Positions 1-13,619 of a stretch of DNA of 64,000 bases are shown here, piece by piece. Source of the DNA: Camelus ferus (taxonomy: Eukaryota); the NCBI RefSeq assembly GCF_009834535.1, contig NC_045698.1, positions 808,001 to 872,000 of the forward strand, written 5' to 3'. Every line of letters begins with the position of its first letter. The first letter of the stretch is position 1. The translations under genes were made by a program, and so were the position numbers. The notes beneath the pieces are model-generated. The model searched no databases and was not told where the DNA came from. It worked only from the letters and a program-made list of their open reading frames with translations.

Positions 1-1480
1 TCTCCTCTTAAAAAAATTCTGGTTGACAATTGCTGCCGTTCAGCTTGGGTGTTACATCGTTTCAAGTGGATGTCCTTATCAGTATGGTTTCTGTTTGTCC
101 TGTCAGTTCTTTGTTCCCTTCCCTATTTTTCTGCCCTCTTTTCTTCTTATTATTTTTGTACTTTAAAGGTTTAAGTGTCCCTTCTTTGTTGGCCTCTCAG
201 CCAGGCCTTGTTCTGTTCTGTTCCGTGGTTTTCCTGCTGGACAGTTGTCAGCATGCTGCTTTACCTTGAGACGGTCTGCCTTCAGGCCTTACTGCACCTC
301 TTCACATGGGCTGCGACAGCTTCAGGTCGTGAAGTCTCACTTCTGCTCTCCTGTTTCTTGCTTACTGGTCATACTTTTCATTTCCAGGTGTGCCGTCAAC
401 TCCACTGTCATTTTTGCTTTGAGCAGTCGATTAGCTTGTAAGTCAATTGAAAATGAGCAAAGGTATGTTTAATTTCCGGGCACGCACCCGCTGTCTCGGC
501 TCCTTTGTGCGCGCCCTGGCTCCTGGCTGGTGTTTACTCCTTGAGCCCCAATAACCCCTGTGAGCGTTTCTTGTTTGCAGGTCTGCTGGTGGTGAGTCCT
601 GCCAACCATGCGGGTATGGAAATGAGTTTAATTTACCCTCTCTTTTCTGAAAGATACTTTTCACTACGTGTAGGGATTCCAGGTCGGTGGGCAGTTTTTC
701 TTCCAGCTAAATGTTAAGGGTACTGTCCTACCGTCCTCCTCGCGCCGTCTCTGGTGAGACTCGGCACCTGTGCCGTCCGCGTCTCTGCTTCGCTGCACAT
801 CGTGTGTGTCCTTTCTCTGGCTGCTTTTAGCATTTTTGGAAGAGTCGCTGGTGTTTGGCAGTTTGCTGTCACGCTTTCCCTCCTTGGTCCTGCTTGTGGC
901 TTATCGAGCTTACTCAATTTGTGAGTTTCATCGGATTTGGAAACGCCGCAGCCAAGATTTCTTCGGCACTTCCTGTCTGCTTCCTCTTGGGGCGTGTGTG
1001 TCAGCAGCCTGCGGCCCCAGCGCCAGTGAGGCTCTGTCGGGTTTTCAGCGTCTGTCCCATCTTGTGCTGGGCCTGAGTGCTTTCTACATCTCCGTGTTTA
1101 AGCCACTGATGCTTTCTTGCAAGTTCTAAACCGCTGTTAAGCTCAGCCTGGAATTTCTCATTTTGCATGTTATATTTTTTGTCTCTGGAATTTCCAGTGG
1201 GTTTTTTATTCTTTTCTTCCCCTATGCCTTGGAGAGAACACCATACAGTAAGTAGAGCTGTGTTTTATATCTCTTTACGGCTGCACGTTGTCCGTTTTGC
1301 GGATGTACCACAGTTTATTCAACGACCTCCATATTGATTGACGACTGGGTGGTTTCCAGCCTCTGGTGATTAAAACCAGGGCTCTAATGCATAAGCTGGG
1401 ACATGCATTGTCTCATATTTTTTGATGGTGCATCTCTGAAACAGACTCTAGGAAGTGGTGGTGTTGATTCAGGTGGTAAA
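1..1480 (-). mobile_element. Old L1M (LINE-1) fragments
   Basis: T-rich plus strand with antisense L1-like phrases (ggatttggaaac...gatttcttc; gtaccacagtttattcaac...tggtttccag). Confidence 0.6.
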
Positions 1481-2159
1481 TGCACCTGCCGTCCCAGGGA
1501 CCACCCTGGTCCTTCCCCAGGTGGCCCGCTGCTCGGAGCCCTGCCAGCAGGGTGAGCTCTGCCTCCAGGGTCCTGCGTCAGCCCGCCTGAGGGGTGTGGC
1601 TCTGCCACGGTGGAGCGCTCGCCGGTGTTTCTCTGATCACGAGAGCTGGCTGGCCCCGTCGGCATGGGGTCTGTGCTTGCTCTGTGCACCGTCTGCGCTG
1701 CACTTGGGGGGCTCAGGGGCTCACCCCGAGCACAGTGCACCCAGCCCCCACCCAGTGGGGACAAGCACCGCAGGATGCAGTCAGGAGAAGTGAAGCCCTG
1801 TTGAAGAGAAGCTGGGGAATGCGGTGTCGGGGCCACTGGGGTCAAACGTGAGAAACAGCAGGAGCAGTTCGGAGGCGGAGGCAGGGTGCCGGCTTCTGCG
1901 CCTCTTCTCCCGGGGAGTCCCCTGACTTTCTAGATATCATTGCGGAGGAGTGAAGTGCCATGGCCGGTCAGTCCCAGACGCTGGGCCCGGCTTTCAGATG
2001 AGTCGTGTAACCTCTCCCAGTGTGACCTTTTGAGAAATCAGGACGATTCGCCTGTGGGAGGAGCGAATGCCTGGAGACCCGCAGCCTGGGCCAGCACGAA
2101 GGGGCAGCTGGCCACGCTGGGTCGTGCCGGCCGTCAGACCATGGTTTGTCGGACAGCTG

Positions 2160-2529
2160 CCCTGTGAGGTGTCGCTGGGCTGGAGGGAGGGGTGAGGGGG
2201 GCCCGGCACTAGGTCCGCGTGGGTTTCCTGTGGTGGCTCCAACGTTTCAGCATCAGGCGTCCCTTGTCTGAGTCCTGGAGGCGGGAAGCCCAAGGCCCCT
2301 TCCCGGGCCGCCCCTCCTGTGTCCTCACACCCTGTGCCCTTCGTGCCTGCTGTGCCCTAACCGCCTCTCCTCCGATGGCACCACTCAGATTGGACGAGGG
2401 CCCTCCCTGGTGAGCCTTCCATCTTGATTACCTCCTTAAAGGCCTCTGTCCGAGTTCAGTGACGCCCTGAGGTCCTGGGGGTTCAGGCGTCAGCGTGTAA
2501 ATTTGGAGGAAATGGTTCGTCTTGTAACA
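2160..2529 (-). mobile_element. MLT1-type MaLR solo LTR
   Basis: Typical end: gattacctccttaaaggcc...tgaggtcctgggggttcagg...aaatttggagga...taaca. Confidence 0.65.
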
Positions 2530-2748
2530 GCCCCTCCCTCCCCTGCTCCCATTCCACTGGGAATCCTCCTCGGAGTGTCACTAAAATCTGCAGTTTTGAG
2601 GCTTAGAGGAGTTGGCGGGGAGGAGCATGAGGTCACAGGCCGGGAGGAGTGCAGATCAGTGGGGGCGGGCAGTGCTCACCCACGCGGGAGCTCGACACCC
2701 TCTGCTTCTTGGCCAGCTGGGTCCACGCTGGTCCCAAGGGACCCCCCC

Positions 2749-2750
<2 letters not shown>

Positions 2751-2792
<42 letters not shown>
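2751..2792. repeat. (CA)21 microsatellite
   Basis: Perfect dinucleotide run. Confidence 0.97.
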
Positions 2793-2794
<2 letters not shown>

Positions 2795-5329
2795 GGGCCG
2801 CGGTGTGCCGTCCTTGCCTGAACTGGGCTGGTGTGGGTCGTGTCCTGAGGGGCTCGGGAGGTGGCCTCTGGACCCCTCTGCCATCTGCGGGGTGCTGGCT
2901 CTCCCCTGTGGCCTCCCCCTCATTGATGACCAGCCTCCCGGAAGGAGAATCAATGAGACCACAGGTTTCAGCCTCAGAACACACAGCCCTGTTATTATCT
3001 TGCAAAACACCAGGGCAGCCTTCCCACAGAGCTTCTAATATGACTTGGTGTCAATATTGGAAACCTATTTTTGAACAAATAGTAGATTCTCTTCTCTGGA
3101 ACTCGTGGGGAGCCAAACAGCTCTTGAAGGCTGAGAAGCTTATGGAAATAGCTCTTGGTGGCAGGAAGAGGCTGGTTCAGGGTGGCCGTGTCACTTTGTC
3201 CCCTTCCTCGGGCTCTGACGTTTTGTCTAAGCTCCAGCCCTAGGCCCTGTTCTGGCTATGATTGCCCCCCTGACTGGGGCCAACACTGAAGCTCTGGGGC
3301 TTCTACACTGAAACCCAGCTGCAAGGGTGGAGGTCGCTGCAGGATAGGGCACCGCGGGCTCCCAGACCTGATGCAGGTGCGGACAACGCCCACCGCCAGG
3401 TTCACACAGGGAGCAGGGGCCCGGGTCCCAGGGAGGCTGCTTCCACGCAGGGCCAGCCCCAGCGGCCCCGGACAGGACCATGTCCCAAGGTTTAAAGAGA
3501 ATAACTGTTTGATGGCCCCATGCTGGGACCTGGGCAGACATGACCCAGCTCAGTAACCCACAGCCTACCCCAGATGGGCAATTCACAGATGAGGGAATGG
3601 AGGCAGGGAGCGTCTGGGGCTGGGGGCTGGGCTCCTGGCCACCCTGAGCTTCCCGCATGGCCCACTGTGGCCCCCAGGGCCCTCACGGTCCCCCTCCCTG
3701 CCAGTGTGTGAAGGGCTGGGTGGTGGAGACCAGGAAGGTCTGCAAGGAAGGTGGTGGGAGGAGGCACCTGAGGAGTTGTTGGGGGTGCTGGGCCCTTCAC
3801 AGACAGCTGGGGGACTGGGCCATGGGCCCTGGAGTCTTCCTGTCCGCCCGCAGCCCTGGGAAGGCTTGGGGGCTGCTGCACACCCCCTCCCCCTGTGGCA
3901 GAAGCAACAGGTCCTGGGGGTCCCTTTGGGGAGGAGGCCCTGCAAACTAGAGTGGTCAGTGGGGAGAGGTGGCCTCCAGCAAGACCACGTGGGTCTGCAG
4001 GCAGTGTGCACATTCAGAGTGAGGGCCCCATGCACCGAGTTCGGATTTACAGAAATAAAGGAGGGTGGGGGCTTGGGGTGTGAGCTGAGGGGGAAGGCAG
4101 GGCCGGAGAGAGGAGACTCAGCCGAGGGAGCGGCGTGGACCAGCGAGGCCGGGCCCAGTGCTCAAGGCCTGGGCGGCTGCGCATGGGCCCCTGCGGGGTG
4201 GGGTTGGCGTGCAGAGCACTGTCCCCCAGCCTGGCCTCTCCAACTGACCACCCCATCTCAGGCTGGGCCTCGAAGGTGCTAAGCTCATGGAGAGCTCTCG
4301 GAGGGGCTGCTTTCAAGCTGGACTGTTCAGGCAGTCATTGGTATCGTGTCGCAGGGTGAGTGCAGCCCTTGCTCAGCGGACTTTGAGTTTCAGACGTCTC
4401 CAACTGCGAGACCGGCCGCTCAGGAAAACTCGTCGTGGGGTTCACAGTGTGGGGGGCACAAACGTTCACTCTGACCCCTCCACACACCACCCAGGACTTG
4501 GAGAACAAGAGACAATCTGCTTGTTAAACAGATACATTTCACTGAATAAACTGTTCGTGTGGTGCTGTCCCCAGGAGTGTCACCCCGCCACACCTCCACG
4601 GAGCTGGTGCACAATCACGTGACTGACAGCAATGGAACTGACTGAGGGAGGTGAAACCCGCCTTGGGAGGGGCCGGGCTGCTCCGTCCTGGGCGGCGCGG
4701 GCAGGCGGGGTCGCGGGGGACCCTGCGTCCGAGAGCCTCGCCCGGTTGTAGCCGTCCTTCCCCGATGGGCTTCCCAGGCTGCTCACTTACGACTGCTCAC
4801 AGCTGGACGCGTTCTGAGGCAGCTCCCGGTCATGATGTCCAGTGCCAGCCACCGGGCTGACTTGTCCTAACCGTTCAGCTTTCTCTTCCTTTACGTCTTC
4901 TCTCCAAGTCTCTACTTCCAGCCTGACTTCAAGCTGAGGCTTTCCAGCTCTCCACTGGCGGCCTCCGGTTTTCACGTCTCTGTTACTTTGATCTCAAGTT
5001 TTGCCTCCTTGAAAGCTGACTTAAGGCCTCGCCTTGTGTGCAGCTAAGTGTCTTTACTCCAGAAGAGCGGGAGCCCTGGTGGCCTGTCCCTTGTCCCCAC
5101 TTGAATTAATCTGACCAGCACTGTCCACACCTCCGTCTTCGTGGGGTTCTGGTGGTACCACCAAGCAGCCTGGTTCTCCAAAACCAGCAAGGCACAGGCA
5201 CCGAGGCCACCAGCCCACATCCACGCTTGGCCAGCACAGCAGAGGGTTAACGCTGCCCGAGTAAGGTCTGGCCGTCTGCCCTGGCCCTAAGCTCTGGCGA
5301 GTCCGGCCTGATAACAGCGTCCTTGCTTC

Positions 5330-5640
5330 CCTGGCCACATGGTGTCGGCCGGACCTCAGGCTGGAGACTCGAGTCAGCCATGCCGTGTGACTGCACTCCA
5401 GGGCTCGGGCCGCGTGCCCTGGCCGTCGGTACTCGAGTGTGTTGTCACGTCCAGGACTTCATGGAGGAGGACCTCTGGGAGCTCACGTCTGCTCTCCTCT
5501 GGGCCCTGCCTTTGCGTCTCCTCCGCCTGCTGCTTGTAATCTGGGCGCTTTGGCTGTCATAAGTCAGGACTTCAATTTTGCTGAGCTGAGACCGTCTGGT
5601 GAGTCACTGAACCTGAGGGTGGTCCCAGGACCCTCGCCCT
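5330..5640 (+). mobile_element. ERVL LTR fragment (MER21C/MER77-like)
   Basis: Ends with gtgagtcactgaacctgagggtggtcccaggaccc, resembling the 3' end of this LTR group. Confidence 0.5.
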
Positions 5641-5762
5641 GCATAGCACCAGCAGCAGCCTCAGAGCATCGCCTGGAAGCGCCCGGTGCCTGGACATAGA
5701 GCAGGCCTGGGGGTGGGGACACGCAGCAGGACAGTGACCCCCGCCTCCCTCACCCCTGCCAC

Positions 5763-5892
5763 CACACACACAAACACACACACACACACACACATATGCA
5801 CACATACACAATACACATATACACACATACACACACACACACACGTACATACACACATACACTACACATATACATACACACACACACACACA
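5763..5892. repeat. Compound (CA/TA)n microsatellite
   Basis: ~130 bp of interrupted CA repeats. Confidence 0.95.
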
Positions 5893-7729
5893 GGGACAGC
5901 ATGACAGGACCCAGGGGACAGGGCCGGCTGCTGGGGGCCCAGATGGTGACAGACGTGGAGCGGCGGCGGTTGGGTGCCCCACACCTGAGGGTGCACCTGT
6001 GGAGAGAGGGTCTGAGAAGGGGGTGGGCGCGGTGGCCTGATGGAGGGAGGCTGGGGACGGCAGAGCAGGGTGTGGGGAGCCCGCGGAGGAGGATGGCCAC
6101 ACAGGGCACCGAGGCCTCTGCAGGAGCAGCGACAGCTCATGGGCAGTGGACAGAGGGGGCAGAAGCCTTCCAAGGAGGAGGACCTCTGCTCCCTCAAGCA
6201 GGTGTGCAGGTGGCCCCTGGGGTTGGGGCGCGGACGCCCGCAGTTGAGGATGGTGTGCGCTGTGACAGCAGTGGGCGGGAGCTCTTACTGGGTTCAGGTG
6301 GTGGGGTTTTAAAGTGACGTTAGGGTTAGGCACAGTCGCTGGGTGTGGTGCATTTAGATCTTGAGTGCGGTTTGAAGCGGTTTGGAGCAGGATGGTGGGG
6401 CTCCCCAGGGCTGGGCTTTGTCAGGTGAGCGCCCAGGAGGGGCTGGATGCTTTGAGGGGAGGGCTCAGGGTCTGCACTGAAGAGAAGTCGGGGGACCCGA
6501 GCTGACCGACGGCTGGGGCGGCAGTGGTTAGACTAGTGACCCCAGAAGACCAGAAGGACAGCCAGAGAGTGGGGTGGGGCGCCGAGGAGGTCTACAAGGA
6601 TGGGAGGTTGAGAATGGGTGGTCAGGAGGCTGGTCCCCACAGAAGTGGGAAGCCCCAAGGCTGAGGGAGAGAGAGCAGAGGGACCTAGGACAGGGGGGAG
6701 GGTCCACAGAGGGGCTCATGCTCAGCGCGGCGCGGAGACCGCCGTCCAGGGTGGGCAAGGGCCCCAGGTCACCCCCACGGTAGAGTGAGGGGTGAGTCCG
6801 GGAAGGGGGGAGGCGGGGTGGGATTGGGACCGAGAAGCAGGGAGGCCGGGGTCGCTCATGGGGGAGGAGACAGAGACTGCGGAGGTGTGAGCACGCCTGC
6901 CCGCCCTCCTTCCCGCTCCACATCAGTGTCAAAGCCAGCGTTGGGTCTGCAAGCCGGGTGCCGCCACGGGTCGGGCAGCCCTGGAAGTCAAGTCCACCGT
7001 TGCCCTTGTCACCACCTGCCTCGCTGTCCAGCTGAGGCCCCGGGTCCCCTCCCTGGGGGGGACCAGGCCCAGAGGCTGCTTCGGCCACTTGTGGGCCTTC
7101 GTCTGGTCGCCCCAATGACAGGGCAGTTGGGGTGTGCTGGGTGCTGGATGCCCTCGCCTGCAGGGAGGTTTGGAAGGTCTTGCCAGATGCACAGTGAAAA
7201 CTTGAGCCCGGATTCTGATTAATTACATACACTCACATAATTTTTGCATCTTTTAACATAGTCTGATTTTTCTAGGAATTTTCGGTAAGATGCGGGAGGG
7301 TGGATGTTACCTGGCTTTGCTGAGAGCACCCAGGGTAGTCATCACTCTGGACGGCCGGGCACTCGTGGGTCGCCTGCCCTCACCACTGCAGCAGCCCCAG
7401 GCGTCTGTGATCGGGGACCTGGTCTGACACCTTGACGTGCAGCCGGGCTGCCTGGCGCACCCCTACCCCTGCCCGAGGATGCCCCCGAGGCTCCCTCTCT
7501 CTGGATCCTTTGGCTCCGGGAGACCACAGAGAAGAAACAACCTCTAGAAGCCGGGCGCATGAAGCACAAGGGAGGGGCCGGCCTTAGAGCCCTCCCCTCC
7601 CGCTCAGAAGCCGCGTCCTCCCTGTAATTCGGGGGCGTAAGTCCACGCCGAGCCTATGGGGTTGGAGGTCGAGCACGTCCCAGCTCAGCGGGGTCAGCTG
7701 CTGCGGGGAGGGGGCCCCCGTGATGACAC

Positions 7730-8280
7730 TTGGAGATCTGAAACAAGACCCAAGAGAGGCCTGGAGTTTTTGCAAAAAGTTTGCATCTGATAAAGGATTG
7801 TTGTCCGACACACAAAGAACGCTTTGCACTCGATAGTAACAAACAAGCAAGCCCGTGTGGAAAACGGGAACGGGCCTGAGTGTACACCTTGCCAAAGAAG
7901 ATGAGCGGATGGCAAACCTGAGTGCGAGGATGCCCCACACCCTGTGTGTGAGTTAAAGCGTTGATGAGCAACGTCCAGACGCTGACAGCAGCGATCGCTG
8001 ACCAGGATGTGGAGCCGTGGGAGCGCGCGCTTGTCCACTGCCGGTGGGAAAGCAACGTGGTCCAGCCTCGTGGAATACAGTTTCCAGTGTTTTACAAATT
8101 CAAGCCTCCTCTTACCATGTGACCCAGCAGTCACATGCCTATTTACCCAAAGGAGATGAAGACTTACGTCCACACAATAACGTACACGTGGACGCGCACG
8201 GCAGCTTTACTTGTAATCGCCAAAGCTTGGAAATGTGCTGGATGTGAATCTGGGGAGATGCCATTCAACGCAGTGTGACT
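7730..8280 (+). mobile_element. L1M ORF2 3' end / 3' UTR fragment
   Basis: gcatctgataaaggattgttgtcc...ccaaagaagatg...catgtgacccagcagtcacatgcctatttacccaaagg. Confidence 0.75.
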
Positions 8281-8399
8281 GGTGGTCACAGCGGCCGTGA
8301 CATAACCACACAAACAGCGGAATTATTCCGAATGACTTTTGAGCCCAGCACTCACACTGCGCACCCTTAGTGGGACATGCTCCAAAGTCAAAAGAGGAT

Positions 8400-8690
8400 C
8401 TTTCGTTTTAGTCTTATGTTCTGATTGTTCATTTTGAAATGATTTAGGACTTACGGAAAAGGTGCAGAAGCCGTGTAGAGATTCCCAGCGTAGCCTGCAG
8501 CCAGCTCCCCGGAGCCGACGTCTCAGTCACCTCAGCCCACTGCTCACGGCCGGGGGTCGCAGCGACGCGGCGCCGTTTCCCATTAGCACCGATGCGATGC
8601 AGCCGTATCTGGACGTCTTTTCAGAGCCAGGACCCAACCCGGGACACGCACTGCGTTTAGTTGTCATGTCCCCATGGGTCTCCCCCAAGG
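8400..8690 (-). mobile_element. L1M 3' end fragment
   Basis: ttttgaaatgatttaggacttacggaaaaggtgcag...gcgtttagttgtcatgtc. Confidence 0.5.
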
Positions 8691-9099
8691 GGACACTGGC
8701 CCTGGCTAAGCCTCTCGGCGGGGCTGGTCTGCGGGTTTCCTCACGGCCACGTGGGGGACGAGCCCCTGGCAGAGCCCACAGGGGCGACGCTGGCCCTCCG
8801 GGGGCCTCTGGTGTGGCGTCCACGTTGGCGTGCCCTCCCGCCTGGGGCGCGGGCACCTGCTCCCCTGTGACGGCGCTGCCTTCCCGTCCGTCTCCTCGGA
8901 GGGGGACTAAGTGCCCGTCTCACTCCTCGTCCTGTTTCTCCCTCGGATCTTTACATCCTGATGCCTCGTCTGAAACGGGGGTCGCTGTGGCGTCGGCCCC
9001 GCGGCCCCGCTGCGCTTGTGGGCCGGGGCCCTGCTGGCGGGGCCGGCTCCGCCTCCCTCCTGGCTGCGTGCTCACCGCTGGGCGTTAGTCCTGTTGGCC

Positions 9100-9380
9100 T
9101 GCGCATCCATGTGCCCCAAACCCGTGTGTTGGGGGGATCAGGAGGCGCTCCCCCTTGGCAGTGATTAGGTTTACATGGGGCTGGGCAGGGGGCCCCCGGG
9201 GGGACAGTGACTCTCCCTCCACCGTGCAAGGCCGGCACTGCCTGCACACACAGGCCTCGCCCATGCCCGCCCTCCCCGGCACCCTGGTCCTGGCCTCCAG
9301 CCTCCAAGGTTGTGAGAAACCAGTGTCTGTCGTTTATAAACCGCCCTGGCGGTGATGTCTGTCACAGCAGCCAGAGCTGA
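9100..9380 (+). mobile_element. MLT1/MST-type MaLR LTR
   Basis: ccggcaccctggtcctggcctccagcctccaaggttgtgagaaa...gtttataaacc...cacagcagccagagctga. Confidence 0.6.
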
Positions 9381-9899
9381 GGGAGGAGGACGGCGTCCAT
9401 CGCTGCCTCCTTACGAGGGGGATTTTTGCTCAGACCGTCCCGGTGTGGCCTTTGGAAGCCCCTCAGGGCAGCGCTGTCCTTCCCATGCGCCCCCATCCTC
9501 AGCTTGCGGCCCCACAAGACACTCCAGGCTCACCGCCGCCTTCTGGGACTGAGCTCTGGGATCAGCGGTTTCTCCCGGGAGCCCCGAAGCCTCTCGCTGG
9601 AGAAGGACCTGGGCTCCGGGGGGCTCTGTGCCCACCCGGGTGCCGCAGCCTCTCGGACGCAGAGCTCAGAACATGCTTCCTGCACACCTGTGTCCAGTTC
9701 TCCGCCGTCCGCCCGCCCAGCCGTCCGCGTGTGCACGCACGTGTCTGTGTTCAAACCCCGCGCGCACTGACCCCTCCGCGGCAGCCCCACTCCCTCTCGC
9801 CGCCTCCCTCCTTCCCTGGGGCCCTCCCTGCAGTGTGAGATGCTGCCCGCAGGGCCTTGCGCCAGGAAGGGCTTGGTTTACGGCTCCGTTGTCGCCGTC

Positions 9900-9978
9900 C
9901 TGAAACCCTTAATGCGTTTTGAACGAGGGCCCCGCGTGCTCATTTTGTACCGAGCCTGCAAATTATGCAGCCATTCTG
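9900..9978. mobile_element. MER91-like hAT DNA transposon end
   Basis: ttttgaacgagggccccgcgtgctcattttgtaccgagcctgcaaattatgcagcc. Confidence 0.55.
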
Positions 9979-11014
9979 ATTACCCATGTGTTTGCCTGCT
10001 TGCTGAGTTCTAGAATAAATAAGAGTAATTTCAGGATTGTAACTCATCTCCGTGCAAAACACATTTCCTAACTAGGGCACAGTTCTGTCTTTCGGTTCGC
10101 AGTCCAAATACTGTCCCCCGAGACCCAGGCCGGGCCGGGGTCTGGTGTCCCTCTGTCTCACCTGGGCTGGGTCGACACACCCTTGGCCAGTGGATGGTCG
10201 GCCTCCTGGCAGGGAGGCTGAGGTAGGAGGGGCAGGCCGGGGGGGCGGGGGAGCTCCAGCCAGGCGGTGGGAGTGCTGGCCCATCTGGATGGACAGGGGC
10301 CTGGCGAGGGCACCTGGTCACCCAGGTGCTCGATTATAAAGAAACTGACCTCAGAAAAGAGGCAGTGGCTGGTGAGCACCACTCCCGAGGAGAGGCGGAG
10401 GGTCGGTGGGGGGAGCAGCGTGGGCACAGCCCCCAGCACTGACGGCCGAGGGCCCCTCCTCGCGCAGGACGAGCAGGCAGCAGTCTCGGTGGGGTCAGAC
10501 GTGACTGTCTGGGTGGCCGGCCCTCTGGTGGCCCCACAGAGATGCTCGCGTCCTGCTGAGTCTGACGCTCCTCGCCCGTCACTGCGGTGAGTGGGATCTG
10601 TAAACGCTGCGTGGGCCTCCGCTACCTCGTCAGCGCATCCTGGAAGACTCATGTCGCGGGGTTTGCACCATCCGGGCGCACCTCCTTCGTGGAGCACACG
10701 CTGTGCTTCGCACGTGAGCGTGCGGCTGATCGTCCACGGCTCCGGTTCCCGCGGGCACAGGGTGAGCGCCGGGGGACCGAGGCCCCTCTGGTGGGGTCTG
10801 CGCCGAGGCTCCAGCCGCCCCGCGCCCCTGCCCTAACTGCTGTGCTGTCTGGACGGCTGACCACCCGCCTTCCCTTCAGCCGACGGCTGTTCCCGAGACC
10901 TCACTGCCCAGTGACGGCGCTGTGTCCCTGTGGCTCCTCTCTGGCTCCGGTTCCCCGATACGCGTGTGGGGAGGAGATCCAGGCCCTTCCACCGGTAACC
11001 CCGCGCCAAACAGT

Positions 11015-11245
11015 GCGTGTGGGCCAGTGCACGCACACACTCCACACGCATGCGTGTGCTCACATGTGTGCCCACACCCCCACACACATGCAGAACACTC
11101 ACATGTGTGCACACCAAGCTCTGACACGTGGAAGAGCACACCTCACATGCGCGGGACGCCCAAACGCCGTGCACGGGGGCTTGCACGCGCACACAAGGCA
11201 CTGGCACGCTCGTATGCACACGTGCGTGCAAGGCGCACACACCCA
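11015..11245. repeat. Degenerate (CA/CG)n low-complexity tract
   Basis: Interrupted purine-pyrimidine alternation. Confidence 0.75.
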
Positions 11246-12019
11246 AACCACTCACTTCTCCCTGAGACAGCGTTTCTCCACCGTGACACCAGCGACGTTG
11301 ATGGAAACCCTCTTTCTGAGGGGTGCCCCGCGCTCCAGGGCGGAGGGGCTAGACGTGGACCAGTCGGCACCCGGCGTTGGGCGGGAGGATTCGGGAGCGG
11401 CCTGGGGCCTGCCCTGTGGCTGAAGCTCAGGAAGAGGAGGACGGCGTTGGCTCCGACCCCTGGCGCGCCTGCTGCGGAGGGCCTCGGGGCCATCTCGGGG
11501 CCCAGGCGCAGCCTCCATCCCAAGTAGGACGCAGACAAGCCCATCGGTCGCATCCACACGCTCTTCCTCGGACTCGCTGCTGCAGGCAGGAGGCGGTTTA
11601 CCTCCGGGCCCGGCGCCCGCGTCACTGGCGCACGAGCCGCTGAACAAAAGTCCCCTGAAGCACCTCCCAACCTTGTTACACGCAACGCGCATGCGCCTTC
11701 CAGTTTATTGAAGCAGTGTCGCGCCCTCAGTGTTGATCCCCCATCACTGACGGTCACGACCTGCAGGCCCTGCTCCTGTGTTTCAGGTGGGGCTCTCGGG
11801 CTGGGCAGCAGGTGCAGTCCCTGCCTGCCAGCCGTGCTGGCCGCCGTCCCTGGGGCCAGCCCCCTCACAGCAGCGGAGCATCCGGGCCAGTGCGGTTACT
11901 AGAGAGCCCCGGGGCGTGGCCGCGAGCGCCTGCTGTGCCTCACAGGTGCCTGGCACTCAGTAGGGTGTGGGTGTTCACCGAGCGGAAAGATGGGGGCTGT
12001 GAGAGTGTTGGGGCTGCGG

Positions 12020-12160
12020 AACCCTGTCCTGGAGGCCAGAAGGCTGAGGTCAAGGTGTCACTGGGGCTGGTTCCTTCCAAGGCTTCAGGGAAAGTCTGTG
12101 CCAGGCCCGTCTCTGGCCTCTGTGATCTGCAGGCGTCCTTACCTTCAGAAGCGCCGCTGA
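12020..12160 (-). mobile_element. MLT1 LTR fragment
   Basis: ctggaggccagaaggctgaggtcaaggtgtca...ggctggttccttccaaggct. Confidence 0.6.
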
Positions 12161-13487
12161 CAGCGAGACCATGTTTCCTGGGTTGAGAGCCGCCTCTCTT
12201 GGTCTCAGGCCGCGCCCATCTGGGGCCGGACGTGGCAAGGACCGCGTCCATGCCCCCAGCTCACCGGCAGGAGCAGCTTCTCGCCGCTGTGGGCAGGGCT
12301 TTCTTGCTGGCTGTTGGCAGGAGGCTGCGCACTGCTGACAATCTTGGGGTGGTTGGACCCCCAGTGGAGGCCCAGAGCAGAGGCAGCGCAGGGCGAGGGG
12401 AGGTGGTCACTCGGCCCAGCTCCGGGCACGTCCGCTCTGACAGCAACTGGAGACAGAGTCGAAGCTCGGGGGAGGGGATGTGAACCAGACCCTCGGAGGG
12501 GGTCGGAGTGGGCGGCAGAGGAGGAGCTCCCGCGAGGCCAGTGCACATGCACCCGTGGGGTCAGGATCTGGTTGTTGGCGAGGATGGCAGCCCGGGGAAG
12601 CCGCTCAGGGACCTGAGAGACTGGACGGCGGCCCGATGCTCAGAGAGTGACAGGGCTCTGCTGGGGGCAGGGGGGCAGGGGGCCGAGCTCCTTCCCCACC
12701 CGCCCCGTCTGCTCCAGGGTGACAGGCCTGATGTGGGCGTGGGCCTTGGCTGAGGCTCCGACACCAAGCGTGGTCTCACCCCCGTCCACTGGAACCTTCC
12801 AGTCCTTCCTTTCTTGAATCTCAGTTTTTGCAGTTTTAATTTGAAAGCCTTTTTTTGGGGTAAAAGTCTGTTGTTTTGAGAAAATACAGAAGAGTTTCTT
12901 GATTTGAGCCCAAACACAGGGATGGATTTTTCCAGCCGACAACGAGGAGGTGGAAGATCTTCCCAGCAAAGCGCCTCAGCCCCCCTCAAAGCAGGTGTTT
13001 AAACCTGACTCCGCACCTGGGCCAGGGGACTCACCGGGCCCCTCCGATCTCCCCTGGCGTCGCGTCCACGGCCTTCCCACCGCTCCGACGTGGTGTGAGG
13101 GCCGGGTCTTGGAGCCCAGGCTGTGGGCGCTCAGTCTGCTGAGTGTGAGGGGCCTGTGGTTTGCAGGTTCTCCAAGGGGCTCCTGGAGCAGGGGGACCGT
13201 GTGCCCCGCTGGCGTCATCCACTCCCTCCTTCCTGCCGGAGAGCCGCTTCCTCCCCGGGCCGCGGGTGGCTGCCGTGGACGCTGCAAGCCGGAGCAGGGC
13301 CCCTCCTGGCTGAGACTGCGCCCGCGTCCCTGAGCGCAGGCAGCAGGGGTTTGTGCCTGCTGTGCTGACGCTGCCCACAAGGCAACTGCGCTGCGGAAAC
13401 AACACGTCCCTTCCGCTAAATTTGCATTTCTGAAGTCAGGTGGGGCCGGATAAAGGAACTGTTAACTGGATTAGGAACAACCTTTCT

Positions 13488-13619
13488 GGGGCAAGGGTGT
13501 AGCCAGTGGTAGAGCACGTGCTTAGCACGCACGAGTCCTGGGTTAAGTCCCCAGCACCTCCGTTAAAAAAAATAGCAAATAAATACATACCCCCCCCAAA
13601 ACCAAACCACCACAACAAA
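13488..13619 (+). mobile_element. tRNA(Ala)-derived SINE, resembling camelid Vic-1
   Basis: tRNA-like head (A box TAGCCAGTGG, B-box-like GGGTTAAGTCCC) and A-rich/C-run tail, flanked by a perfect 12-bp TSD AACAACCTTTCT (13476-13487, 13620-13631). Confidence 0.85.

Noticed and set aside
2503..6333. ORFs with THTHTH/CVCVCV runs
   Set aside because: Translations of CA microsatellites.
13488..13561. Possible tRNA-Ala gene
   Set aside because: Degenerate stems and boxes, followed by an A-rich tail and flanked by a TSD, so it is a SINE.
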